Source: Lingula anatina (Eukaryota > Animalia > Brachiopoda). From it: DNA of 64,000 bases. Both the position numbers and the translations under genes were made by a program. Positions within the stretch are counted from its first letter, which is position 1. Each line of letters opens with the position of its first letter. The stretch is taken from positions 12,338,001-12,402,000 of the forward strand of contig CM120642.1 in NCBI GenBank assembly GCA_051362555.1, given 5' to 3'. Of the stretch, positions 39,901-51,106 are shown piece after piece. The notes under the pieces are model-generated. The model made no database searches and was not told the origin of the DNA. It was given only the letters and a program-made list of their open reading frames with translations.

Positions 39901-42900
39901 CTACTTAAAACTTGATTACCGAGATTTGATCATTGTAGAAATGTGACAAAATACTAGTGCAAATTTAAGACAGTCGTAACAAAAGTTTTTGAATAACAAA
40001 AGTAATCTGTCCGTCTACATTAACTTAATCGTTGCTTTCACATCCCCAGAGAAGCTCCTTCACGCCTGCGTATAAAAAATCATTGACACAGATCTACCTT
40101 AACCACACAGTAAAATAACTGTTTTGTAACCTTGAATCTGTTATAATGGACCAATTATCTACAAAACCAGCATTCGAAAAACATACTTAAATTCTAAATT
40201 GCGATGTCTATGTCGTGAAATACTTCAATAACTCAGCCGTATTGAAGAGCCTTCGTGGTCGTGTTGGAACGTAGACTTGGTGCTATGAAACATGGGGAGG
40301 GCAGGGTGGTATACTCTTGCATCAGAGCGTGTCTTGCTGGCTGTCATTAAAGCCATATCTGGACGTTATTCATCTTATAAAAAAAAGTGAAAACTAGTCC
40401 GTATAAAAACCTTAACGAAAGATTGAAAACATAAATGGATGGGTGGCTGAATGAATAAACTTCTGAATGAGGAAAGTGTCTGATAACTGAATAAAAAAGA
40501 AAGTGAAGAAACGAACGAGTGGGTGGGTGTTTGCTTGTCTGTTTGTTTCTTATCCTAGAAATCTGAACTTGGAATATACGCCATCATTGGTGTTTTATGA
40601 GGGCAATTACAAATTAGAATTGCTTGTAAATGTGCGATAAGAACTGTACACACGAGGCAGCCTGATTAAGATTTATTATGTAGCTGGATTTATTAGCAGC
40701 GGCTGGGTTTGATCGTAACTTCAGCCGTTATGATGAAGCAAAGATGAGAACAAAAACATGAGTATTATAGATAAGTTTACATAACACACGTACGTGCACG
40801 AATTGCGTTAGATGTGACAAATTACACTGTGTTTTTCAGCTATCTACCTGATTGTGTCTGCTGATGGCCACGCCCCTTGTGCCGTCGGCTCATTCCAGTG
40901 CGGTAACACTTCGGTCTGTGTCAAGCAAGAGGACCACTGTGACGGTCAACAAGATTGCCCTAACGGAGAGGACGAATCATATAAAATGTGTGGTACGTAA
41001 ATTTATATGTTCATTTCTTTTTTTTTCTTTTCTATTTTTCTTTTTTCTTTTTTTTTTTTTTTTTGGGGGGGGGGGCAGGGGGGCAGAATCTTTTAGATAA
41101 AGAAATGTTTACATGTTTCCTTTTTTCAGTTGCAAAAACTTTATATCACCAACTGTGCTATATCGATAAATTAGTTGGTTTATTTTCATAGGCATGTTCA
41201 GTATTTGAAAAACACTCATTTTAAATCAGTATTTGTTATATATGGACATAACTTCTTTTAGGGGTGTTTTTTCTACTTTTATTTTCATATAAATTAAATC
41301 ATAGTGTTATATTGAAAAAGCAGTTTACGTCAAAAATTTTCAATGCAGTCATGAATTACAGCATATTTGTGTAAACTGTGATAACCTTGATTATCTGCCT
41401 CGAGCAACAATCTTTACAATCTCTCTTTAGTGAACAACGAAGGGTGGTTTGAACACATCGTAAAAAACAGAACGATACCTGACGTGAAGGATAACGCAAG
41501 CTGTGGTAAGATAACGTTAACACTGGTTTCCATATGTATGATATCGATTTAGAATATGATAAACTGAATTTGAAATTCTGGCGTATATTAGGCCATTTTT
41601 GACTGAGTACTCCCATGTGCGCTACTCTCTCCTTTTCCCACGCCGAGATCAAAGCAACACCCCTACCTGACTTTTTTTGCAATTCTCCACTTTTAGATAT
41701 ATTTTGAAATATTAACACCAGAAGTCCTTGGTCTTCTTATTTCAATTTTGCCAAAACAACACACAACTAGAAAGAGAAGTTTTTTGTTGTTGTTCTTAGT
41801 TTTTTCATCTCTGTCCTCCGTCTTTTCAGGTCTTCAGTTCGTACCTCCAACATGTCAGTGTGTGAAGATGACGAGGCTGGATTGTTCTTCCCACAGCCTG
41901 GTCGCCATACCGTCTCCCCTTCCAGCAAACGTCACCAGACTGTGAGTGCAGTGTAGTGTAGTGCAGTGTAGTGTAGTTTAGTGTAGTGTAGTGTAGTTTA
42001 GTGTAGTGCAGTGTAGTGTAGTGCAGTGTAGTGTAGTGTAGTGTAGTGTAGTGTGGTATACACTGTAGTATAGATAAATGTTAGAGTTCATGCTTCTGTT
42101 ACTTCTATGATAATCTCCGGAGACAATGTACTTTGATTGTGCTTAGTATGCATCTAAATCCTTTCCTATCAATCCATGTTCATCATTTGAGAAGCGAATG
42201 TCTATTCGTACTTTCTTCACTTCTTGGAGATTAGTATTATATTTAACTCCAAACTGACATCGAATACTTTCTACCAGTTAAAAATCAAGTACAGGTCCTA
42301 TTATCTATATTATGAATTTCGTCACACAATTGCCTGAGTTATATACATGTGCCGATTCCTCCATCTTTTCCATATCTCGGGGTACAGATATCTCATGAGG
42401 AACAACATCAAAAATATCTCTGACGGTAGTTTTCATGGTCTTAGAAGCATAGATCTTCTGTAAGTATCGTCACTTTTATCCGGTAAAGCTTTGAAATGTT
42501 TGTGACAGAGTTTGATTAACGCAAACGGAAATTGTAAATATAAATCACTTTCCCGTCAGTAAATTGCTCAATGCCTATAAATTAACATTTTCACGATAAA
42601 GCTAAAAAATAGTAAGACAGATTAACTAATTGAATGTGTTAGAAAAATTGTTTATAATGATAGCAGTATTTATTGTAAACAAATGATAATGAAATAGTAT
42701 AAACATGACGTTGAAATCAATACTCATTTTAATTAAATAGAAAATACTACAAAACATTGGGCCCCATTGTATCCGTCTTTACTTATTGTTTCAGACATCT
42801 CGAAGGCAATTGCATCGTTTCTTTGAGAAACAACACGTTCCATGGCCTACAAGGTTTGGAAAAGCTGTAAGTAGTTTACGCCTTTTTTACTCTAAACAAA

Positions 42901-45900
42901 AAGTGAAAACCCCTTAATTTATATCATAAATAGAAAAATGGTTTCATTTGAGACACCTCAGACAATGGCTAAAAAGTTTAAACAGATATTTTATATTTCT
43001 TTGTTGCTTGGAATTCGAAATATCCTTGGCTTTGTAAATGATCGTCTGTTTGATTTCAGGTCAGTTGCCAACAATTCTCTGGTCGAAATTGAAAGCGGAG
43101 CGTTCAGGACACTGCCTCAACTTATCTGGCTGTTAGTAAAGAGTTCGTAATGTGTGTATTCAGTAGATGCATTATAGTCCAGGAATTCCCGTAGTGCCCC
43201 CTTTTTTATTCTTTTTATGATCCTGTCCAACAGACAGACTCCAACCCGTGTATTACTGTAGTACATAAATGAAGTATTCTTAAACTTACATGTATATGCA
43301 TGTAATCTTCTTATTTTCATAAATGTCATGTTTTGGATGGTAACATAATTACGAATGTGAAGATGGTAATATGTTCCCTCCTTTGCATTCCAGATTTTTG
43401 CAATTTAACCACATACGGCGAATTCCCAGAGGAGCCTTCGAGGGAGCGAGTAAATTAGAATGGATGTAAGTCTCGATAGCCATGGTGTTTAACGGTTATC
43501 GCCAAATGCATATTTTCCCTTTTTCGTTACCAAGTACCATACTGTAATATGAATTAAATTTGGTTTGCATTAACCCTATACTAGATACACATACAGACCC
43601 GGGCCATAAGCTGCCACTTTTATTGCTGCATATATTCAAAATGTATGTCGTTTGAGTCAATACCCTGTTGCGTTCTCTTGATGAAATTCGGTGTACACTG
43701 AGATCCACGAGTTAAGGCACAGGTCCCTCCAAGTTTGATACAAACACTAAGCAACAGGTGTGCTGACTTGAAACACTATTCATGTTTATATAAGCTGACT
43801 GTTACCAGGCCCCAGTTTACAAAAAAAAAATTATATGTGAATGATCATGATTCCCTTATAACCTATTTTCAGTGATCTACGCGGAAACGATCTGCAGTTG
43901 TATGGCGACGAGTTTGAAGGGCTACCTGAGCTTAATTACCTGTAAGTTACAACACAAAATAAACGTAATCAGGCAGGGCAGTTGTGGCTTTTAGGTTAAA
44001 ATCCAAACTAAAAATCTTATGCAGCAGAACATGCGGTGGAGTTTATACCCGCTAGACCTTGAATGTCACTGGTCAGCGAAACTATAGACCAATGTTGAAA
44101 CGTTCCTGAATCTAATCAACACGCACTCGTTTATTGGCCAAAGTTATAGTCACCTACAAACAAAACTCAACAGCTCTCTATGGGGGATTTGTTGATACTG
44201 TATGCTACACATTGTCACATTTCAGAGATCTTGAAGGGAACCACATCACCCACATCAGAAGAGAAACCTTCCAGGGTTACAAATCATTACGGGTGCTGTA
44301 AGTAACAATTACTACACTGAATGTGGAAGTTCTGAAAATAAAGGAGTCAAAATGAATGACGGCACTGTGTATAGAATGTCATCGCGGCTGCATGTTTATA
44401 CTATTTAGTTAATTTTTGTTAAAATACAAATTTTTCATTGAAAAGAACAAGGAAAATAGATATCGACGTATAAACCACGGTAATCGCATGTACCATTTCA
44501 GAATTTTACGTGGAAACCACATAGCGTCGGTGAGTCCGGACGCTTTCGCCGACCTTCATGCACTGTTACAACTGTAAGTTGCACTATTTACTCTAGACTA
44601 CTCAATTATATGTAAATTACGTTTACCTCCTATTTCCGGTGCACAGCCATGACACATATTTTTTTTAAATTAGAAGAATATTATATGAACTCGTAACGTG
44701 TAAAAAAGTCTTCACTGAATCATTAAATAACGTGATATTTTTCTTCATATTTTAGAGACCTGATGGACAACAAGATTATGGTGCTTGACGAGTCAACGTT
44801 CACACACAACGTTAGGATGACAAAACTGTAAGTTAACTTCTGTAAATCCAAGCAAGAAGGTGCCGATTCATTATCTTAAATATCTCACGAAAAGTTATGC
44901 AAGTACATTATTTCTTAAAACTTTTTAGGGACCTTGCCGATAATCCACTGCCCGGATTTCCAAGACGGCTCCTGTCTCCGCTTACACAACTCAAGTCTCT
45001 GTAAGTATTGCATATGCTACAGGAACGTTTCCATTTGGTTTATGTGCCTAGTAGTGGAATACCCTCTACCAGGGCCACAGACTGATTTTTACTAGGCATG
45101 CACAGATATGTCTCTGGCTAATATATTGATGGTACATTTCTTCACTGCGTTAGAGAAAAGTGTACATAATTTATCTGCGGCCCTGGTAGAGGGTAGTGGT
45201 GGAGCAAGACCCCCAGCCCACGCCCCGATACAGTCAGCAACTTTACCCTACTTATAATCCTAGCACTGAACAGTCAGCACAACTATTACTTAGATGAAGG
45301 TGGGGAGGGGGGGGGCGAACAACCAGGCTATATAGTAGGGCCTACATTTTTTCTACCGCCCTGTTCCAAGAACCAGTCTAAAATGCCACTCTTTGTTGTG
45401 TTATTTTAACATCAGATTGTTGAAATTCTTCTTAAGAGAATATTGACATTTGGGTTTTTTTTAAACTGGTGCTTACTAAATAGTGTCATATTTAATTTCA
45501 GAGATCTTAGCGGCATAATAATTCCAAATATAGATGCGTCATTCTTTTCAAGCCTGAAAGAACTTCATCATGTGTAGGTATATTTATAATGTATTAAAAA
45601 CCACTCTCTCAAGTTAACACCCTATACAATTGCCAATCAATCTTGACGTTTTTTTTTTTTTTTTTCAAATATACAAACCATTATCTGTATTGAAGTGTCA
45701 GATAATCTTCACTTTCCATGTTTAAGAAATACTTTGTATTAAATATACCTAGATAAGTGCCAATAATTGAAATGTTATAGAACTTGTTTCCACAGTGTAT
45801 ATTTTATCCGCAGACACTTCGAAAGGTTCAGTTATTGCCACAAAGCCATCCACGTCCCAAACTGCTTCCCCAAAACAGACGGTCTGTCCACCATAGAAAA

Positions 45901-48011
45901 CCTGCTTGCTGACGTCATCCTGCGCGCGCTGGTATGGATAATGGCGCTGATCACGTGTGTGGGCAACTTGTTCGTCATGTTAGGGAGGTTGATGATCAGG
46001 GAGGAAAACAGGATGCATTCTGTTCTCGTGAAAAACCTAGCAGGTACAAATATATTTAAAATGTCTGGAACCTTTTCTCAAAACCTAGTACTTTGTTTCT
46101 GTAGTGTTACAAATACATTTAATGTTACTGAATTGATGTAAAACATCACACACTGCCTTTAATGCGTTAGGTAAACACCTAATTCATTTTGATAAACACT
46201 TTTATTTCTGACAAGTTAATTATTTTTACTGCATGGTTTTAGTCTTATATATAATCTCGGTTGATCTTTTTTAAATCTAAACACCTTCTTTTGGTGCAAA
46301 TGTTAGGAGAAGAAATACGTGCATTTGGTAAGATATTTTCTGTTAAAAATATCAAATTAATAATATCCACTTTCTTTGATTATATAACATTTCATTTTAC
46401 AGCCTCCGACTTTCTGATGGGCATTTATCTGATGATCATCGGCGCTAAAGATGCCAACTACCGCGACAACTACAACATGTACGCCAGCGACTGGCGCTCC
46501 AGCTGGGAATGCCGCTGCACTGGTTGTCTCGCAATGGCGTCCTCAGAAGTTTCCATATTAATCCTAACATATTTATCACTCGAGCGCTTTGTCGTAATCT
46601 CACACCCTTACACGACAAAAGGACTGACAAGCAAAAAAGTGATCATTGCTTTGAGTGGGATTTGGACGGCAGGGATACTCCTAGCTGTAATCCCGGTGAC
46701 ATCCACGCACCTGTTCGGGGACTTCTACGGCACAAACGGGGTTTGCTTTCCACTTCACATATACGAGCCATATGAAGCCGGTTGGCAGTATTCCTCGTTC
46801 GTATTCTTAGGTTTGAACTCGGTCTCTGTTCTCATTATTGCGCTGTGTTACGTCAGTATGTTCTGCAGCATACAGAAGTCACGCCAGCTCTCACACGGGT
46901 TTTCAAGTGACAATTCTTTTGCACTGAGGTTTTTCTTCATTGTTCTGACTGATGCCTTGTGCTGGGCGCCTATCATAATAATCAAAATCATTGCGCTAAC
47001 ACGGGCTCCAATTCCAGGTTAGTCAGTGAGAATGCGGTCGCTTCAGATATGCACTGTCGATCAAATATGACGTGTTCTAGGTACTTATGTTTTGTCATTT
47101 ATATTTTGTCTTTTCGATACATTAACACATCTACTTTAATATGTCAATTTTGTTTTCTATTTAGATGAGGTTCATGCGTGGGTTGCTGTGTTTGTCCTTC
47201 CAATCAACAGCGCCATCAACCCCGTTCTATATTCCCTGACTACTGTGACATTCCGCACCAGGCTGCAGAAGTGGGGCTGTTGTCTGAAAGCACAACCACA
47301 GACCAGTAGTAAGTACATTGTATCGTCACAACTAACACAATGGCGAATCGCACTTTACTAACTGACCCAGTCTCTGGTCAACACATCAGCTAAAACCAGG
47401 CTGCAGGAGTGGAAGACCTACATTGCATTGTCACAACTACCAAAGTAACCAGTTTGCTCACTTCAGAAGTCACTTGTCCTTTAAACAGCTCTCAGTACAC
47501 TGCAGTCTGTGAAGAGGTGCATTGAAATTGCTTTAAGATATATACGTTTACTTTAACGTGTTTTCAAAAAAGTTCTGCCACCGCCATCAAGCAGCTTTCT
47601 TTGCCGTAATTACAAATCTTTCGCTATATTAGTTTGGTATTTACAAGATAAGACAGAAATGTTTGGCATAGGAACCTACCGTCTCTAATCTCCTCTAATC
47701 GTAAATAAAACCATTTTAATAGCTCATGTTGAAAAGCAGTATACCTAAATCTTCTCCATTTTAATTTCACAGTCGCCCGCGCCAGTATCCTTCCCTCACG
47801 AAGTTCGTTTCGCCAAGACGCGTACTCTCACTTCAGCGACAATCAACCAGACAACAGTACATACACCATGGAGCTACTGATAGCTCAGGACGGGGCCGCT
47901 AAGGCCTACAACGGAGAGCTTCTGACACCGCCATCCTCCCCAGACCATACAGCCAAAGAAGAGGAAACGAACAAATTAGTGGCAGCGGGTGACTCGGAAG
48001 AGCTCAAGTGA
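26614..48011 (+). CDS. RXFP1: Relaxin/insulin-like peptide receptor (RXFP1/2- or LGR3/LGR4-like, type C1 LGR); 18 coding exons, 775 aa
   Basis: Exons: 26614-26656, 40840-40992, 41431-41505, 41830-41941, 42388-42459, 42795-42866, 43060-43131, 43394-43465, 43873-43941, 44226-44297, 44502-44573, 44756-44827, 44929-45000, 45502-45573, 45814-46043, 46403-47017, 47165-47308, 47773-48011. All introns are GT-AG with compatible phases, giving a 2328-nt open frame. Domain order is SP, LDLa, linker, LRRNT, 10 LRRs, hinge, 7TM. The symbol denotes the family, not strict orthology. Confidence 0.93.
28080..28169. repeat. Compound microsatellite (CT)n(CA)n
   Basis: Read directly. Confidence 0.95.
31666..31982. 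mobile_element. Kolobok-like non-autonomous element with TTAA target duplication
   Basis: Left end TTAA|AGGGCTGACGTGTAAAATTTTC aligns with the right-end reverse complement TTAA|AGGTACCCAGTGCAAGATTTTC. Confidence 0.6.
33638..33810 (-). mobile_element. Possible decayed SINE (reverse orientation)
   Basis: (TTGTA)-like tail at the left end, and CTCTCGCCTAAGAGCCAC resembling the antisense CORE-SINE motif TCTTGCCCAAGGACAC. Heavily diverged. Confidence 0.3.
34684..34736. repeat. (GT)n(GC)n alternating purine-pyrimidine tract
   Basis: Read directly. Confidence 0.95.
36888..36922. repeat. (TC)n microsatellite
   Basis: Read directly. Confidence 0.95.
37378..37500. repeat. Imperfect (GT)n microsatellite
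   Basis: Read directly. Confidence 0.9.
40840..40992 (+). CDS. RXFP1: Relaxin receptor LDLa-module exon
   Basis: Reads [50 protein letters not shown]: six Cys, the CDG..DC..G.DE Ca2+ motif and a CGNxS sequon. Confidence 0.95.
41431..41505 (+). CDS. RXFP1: Relaxin receptor LDLa-LRR linker exon
   Basis: Acceptor CTCTCTTTAG|; reads [25 protein letters not shown]; donor G|GTAAGA. It is a 75-nt phase 1-1 exon. Confidence 0.88.
41830..41941 (+). CDS. RXFP1: Relaxin receptor LRRNT cap exon
   Basis: Reads [38 protein letters not shown]; donor GTGAGT. Confidence 0.93.
41946..42056. repeat. (GTGTA)n pentanucleotide array abutting a splice donor
   Basis: About 22 units of GTGTA/GTGCA/GTTTA, beginning within the GTGAGT donor of the LRRNT exon. 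Confidence 0.95.
42388..45573 (+). CDS. RXFP1: Relaxin receptor: ten phase-2 LRR exons (nine of 72 nt, one of 69 nt)
   Basis: Each exon encodes one LxLxxNxI repeat (YLMRNNI, HLEGNCI, SVANNSL, FLQFNHI, DLRGNDL, DLEGNHI, ILRGNHI, DLMDNKI, DLADNPL, DLSGIII). Most donors are GTAAGT. Confidence 0.93.
45062..45193 (+). mobile_element. ~132-bp MITE in a receptor intron, TA-flanked
   Basis: TIR CCCTCTACCAGGGCC(A/G)CAGA at both ends, with TA on both flanks. Confidence 0.85.
45814..46043 (+). CDS. RXFP1: Relaxin receptor hinge, TM1 and start of TM2
   Basis: Reads HFERFSYC...[16 protein letters not shown]...[16 protein letters not shown]...KNLA, the RXFP-type hinge and TM1 GN motif. Confidence 0.95.
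46403..47017 (+). CDS. RXFP1: Relaxin receptor TM2-TM6
   Basis: Reads [10 protein letters not shown]...SSEVS...LSLERF...[12 protein letters not shown]...[15 protein letters not shown]. Confidence 0.96.
47165..47308 (+). CDS. RXFP1: Relaxin receptor TM7 and helix 8
   Basis: Reads [31 protein letters not shown]...WGCC, with NPxxY and a possible palmitoylated CC. Confidence 0.95.
47773..48011 (+). CDS. RXFP1: Relaxin receptor C-terminal tail exon
   Basis: Acceptor TTTCACAG|; phase-1 frame open for 79 codons to TGA (followed by TAG). Ser/Thr-rich tail [13 protein letters not shown]...GDSEELK*. Confidence 0.82.
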
Positions 48012-49085
48012 TAGTTTTTACTTGTGGTAGCCTACCACTCGTCCGCGGATGGGCAGAGATATATAGTTCTGGATTCTGTTTATCAGTTATGGTGTCATTC
48101 GTCTAGTCATTTCTGCATTCGTCACGGGTAAATGATGAACAAATAAAGGGTATGACCCCTCTCTGGGGGCTCTTGAACTTAAACTAAATCTGTTAGTTAA
48201 GAAAGGGGTTTAGCCTGTCATTTCTTTCAGCGCCGGTCACAGATAAATTCAGAAAAATTGAAAGAACCGACGAAGAAGATACTTGGTTGTTGTATTTTTC
48301 TTTTTGTCATATCTATTGACATGCAGGGGAATAGAAACTGTTCGTAATCGAAGATAATGATCTGAGCATATAGATTTTGTGGAGCCCAAGGTATTTTGAA
48401 ACAGAATTTAGTTGTCTTTTCACGATTTTGCGTAATACAGTGTATCTCCCATACGACGATGAACACTTTTCCTTCAGAAACAGAAGTGATATTATTTCTA
48501 AATTTCAGCCAACCTTATCCATCCAAGCTCAATCTAATGCTCAGTCACACCTCATTCTCTTTTGGTACCAAACGGTGTATTTGCAATGTATAAAGCTTTA
48601 AGATAATTATTTAATATGAACATTTACGTATGGGATAAAGTGCGCAAAATAGCGATTGTTTATCTTTGAATATATAAAAGTATATAAACGTGAAGTTGTT
48701 TTTTATCATGTATACGTCATAAATGTCGTCTTGGGCTGTTCTTATCATCGTCATCGCCGTTGTTATCTTTCTGTTATAAATGTTGTATTAAGAACGTCAA
48801 AGTATGATAGAATACTGTTTTTAATTTAACTAACTTTTTTTGTAGAAACCGTCGCAATACTTATGTCGTCCATGTAAATTGTTATTTACCATGATGTTGT
48901 TTTGTTACAGTGGCCATGTGTGCCATTGGGTTTTAAAGTAAGTTCCACAATTTGTTTTAAAACGGGTGACTGGACTGAACTGAGGCCTGGGGTTTAGGCT
49001 GAAGAGTGTGTGTGAGGGGGGAAATGGGTCCCAAGATTAGGGTACATTTTCGATTTTGATCAGTATATCTGTATGTATTATGGAA

Positions 49086-49114
49086 GTGTGTTTCCGTGCG
49101 TGCGTGCGTGCTTG

Positions 49115-49161
<47 letters not shown>

Positions 49162-49166
49162 TGTAT
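49086..49166. repeat. (GT)n/(GCGT)n compound microsatellite
   Basis: Read directly; lies between the convergent receptor and FAM181 stop codons. Confidence 0.92.
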
Positions 49167-50089
49167 GTACAGGGCGGGCGTGGAGTGTTTAGCACAAATT
49201 CCAAAACGGACAGCACCAAGAAAGATGCCAAATGTGGTGTATATTTGTACATTGCAGTCTTGTAACTTATTGAAATATACATAATTTTAATTGACTGTTT
49301 TTTGTTGTTTTATGCTTATAAAACGGCTTTCAATATGAACAAAAGGTTATGTCCATAATCATTTAAAATTCATCATCAGGATTGCCAATATGCATGTTAC
49401 AGTATTAAAATTCTCGTTTTTTGACTTTTTGTCAATAAGTAGATAACGTGTACATGAAAATGAAAGAATCCACTTAAGTAAAAAGACAGCAGATTATACA
49501 TAGTAGACTAACCAAAACTAAAACACGAAAATTTTGTTTGTATAATGTTTCCCGCCATCACATTTTGAACATCGTCGAACATATCAAAGTACATTTCTTT
49601 TAAGTTATGTTTGTCCTTTTCTTGAAGGTAAAAACAATTTTTGGTTGAACGTAAAAGCAAATTCCAATTATTTTTTTCTGCTGAGGTGTTTTATTCGCAA
49701 GATAATCTATTTCCAATAGTCGAAACTCTTATGTACATAAATTGATTATCGCCTTTATGATAAAAGAGAAACAATATTTCGAATAATATTCAAGCAAAAA
49801 ATGCTTTTTATATCCAAAAGAATACGTTTACAACAAGATTGGAATAGATAGACCTACTAATAAATAAGACCATTTAAATAAGACTTTACTAAAATCAGTA
49901 GCCCATTATGTCTATATGTTGTAGCAATGCTTGCTCAAATGTGACATCGATACTGCTTTGTAGACCTATAAACTCGCTTCTTAAAAAACAAAAAAAAACA
50001 AACTCAGATATCTAAAAACATAAACAAACGCGTTATTTTCCACACAGAATTATAAAAACAATGAAAGAGTGAGTTTTACCGGAGATATG

Positions 50090-51106
50090 TCACAGACAAG
50101 TATAACTGTTCAACATGCAAGGTCCGACAAACGGGTTGTCCACGCTTGGAACATCAGCACCTGTGACGTAACTTGAAAATGTCTGCGAAAAATTCGGCAA
50201 AGAATATACATTTTCCATAGACGTCAGTCCATCATGGGGCGATCTTAGTGTCGCCATAGCGTTTCCAACTTGCCCTACATTAGAAAAAGCACCAGATAAT
50301 TCTTGTTGATATCCGTATGGTTCGTTGTAAATAGGGTCCATAAAAAGCGCCCCATTATAACTACTGGCATATGGCTGGTCCCAGCTTTGCAGACGATAGT
50401 CCGTTCGACTGGATATTGGCAACAATGGCGATATCGGCGGGGATGATGTTGAGGAGGTCTCTCGTTGAGGACTCCCAGAGGAACTGTGCTGGCTTGACCC
50501 ACAACTGGACGGCCGGGCAAGGCCATCTTGACCGCCTATAATGTCATGAATGTCTTCATGCGTAAAATATGGCGGGTCTAGTGTTGTCTGTTGACAGGTG
50601 TAGACACCGTTGGCTACTGGCTCCAGTTGGGACTGATATGAATAGTTCTGAAGAGCATTCTCTATGTAATATGCCGTGTAGGACTGCTGCTCCAGAAGCT
50701 TTGCTGGCTCGGTAAAAAAAGACGGCGGTAGCTTTCTATTCTTCAGCGGAACGCGGTTCGATCTACAGCTTCCTTTGACTAATTTAGCCTGCGGATCCGC
50801 ACAACACTGTTTATGTAACGTCCGTGGATCAAACAGCGCCTGTAAGGACTTATGTTGGATTCCGAAATAAGAGGTTTCCTTCCTGGTGGGTTTAGACACC
50901 CTACCGCTGTGTATCACCGCTGTTTCGGTATCATAGGACCCGTTGCTTTTCTTCAGTTGTTTCTGCAGGTATTTCCTGTGATTGACCTTACGTTTGGATT
51001 TCCCACATTTGTCCAAAGCTAACTTGATGTTGCTGGAAGCGATGTCCACGAAGCTCAGTAACTGCTGGCCAGTTTCACCGTCGCCACTTCGATCTGCTGT
51101 CGCCAT
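50090..51106 (-). CDS. FAM181: FAM181 family protein (FAM181A/B-like), intronless, 338 aa
   Basis: N-terminal block [35 protein letters not shown], the SLQALF motif and the omega-loop [16 protein letters not shown] are characteristic of FAM181. Confidence 0.93.
   Translation of the reverse strand: MATADRSGDGETGQQLLSFVDIASSNIKLALDKCGKSKRKVNHRKYLQKQLKKSNGSYDTETAVIHSGRVSKPTRKETSYFGIQHKSLQALFDPRTLHKQCCADPQAKLVKGSCRSNRVPLKNRKLPPSFFTEPAKLLEQQSYTAYYIENALQNYSYQSQLEPVANGVYTCQQTTLDPPYFTHEDIHDIIGGQDGLARPSSCGSSQHSSSGSPQRETSSTSSPPISPLLPISSRTDYRLQSWDQPYASSYNGALFMDPIYNEPYGYQQELSGAFSNVGQVGNAMATLRSPHDGLTSMENVYSLPNFSQTFSSYVTGADVPSVDNPFVGPCMLNSYTCL

Noticed and set aside
10117-40839. Search for a nested insulin/relaxin-like ligand gene in the receptor's upstream introns
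   Set aside because: No CC-x3-C-x8-C A-chain or LCG-type B-chain exon was seen by eye. A tBLASTn/HMM search would be needed to exclude it fully.
41130-41178. Possible receptor exon after TTTTTTCAG ([10 protein letters not shown]...)
   Set aside because: No good donor, and the exon at 41431-41505 supplies the expected GW linker.
42388-45573. Regularly spaced similar units suggestive of a CRISPR-like array
   Set aside because: These are 72-nt LRR exons with repeated CTGTAAGT donors. No CRISPR, rRNA or tRNA gene was recognised in the window.
47925-47945. T-P/S-P sites in the receptor tail (LTPPSSP) as a functional link to neighbouring PIN1
   Set aside because: Such motifs are ubiquitous, and gene adjacency in animals does not imply a shared pathway.
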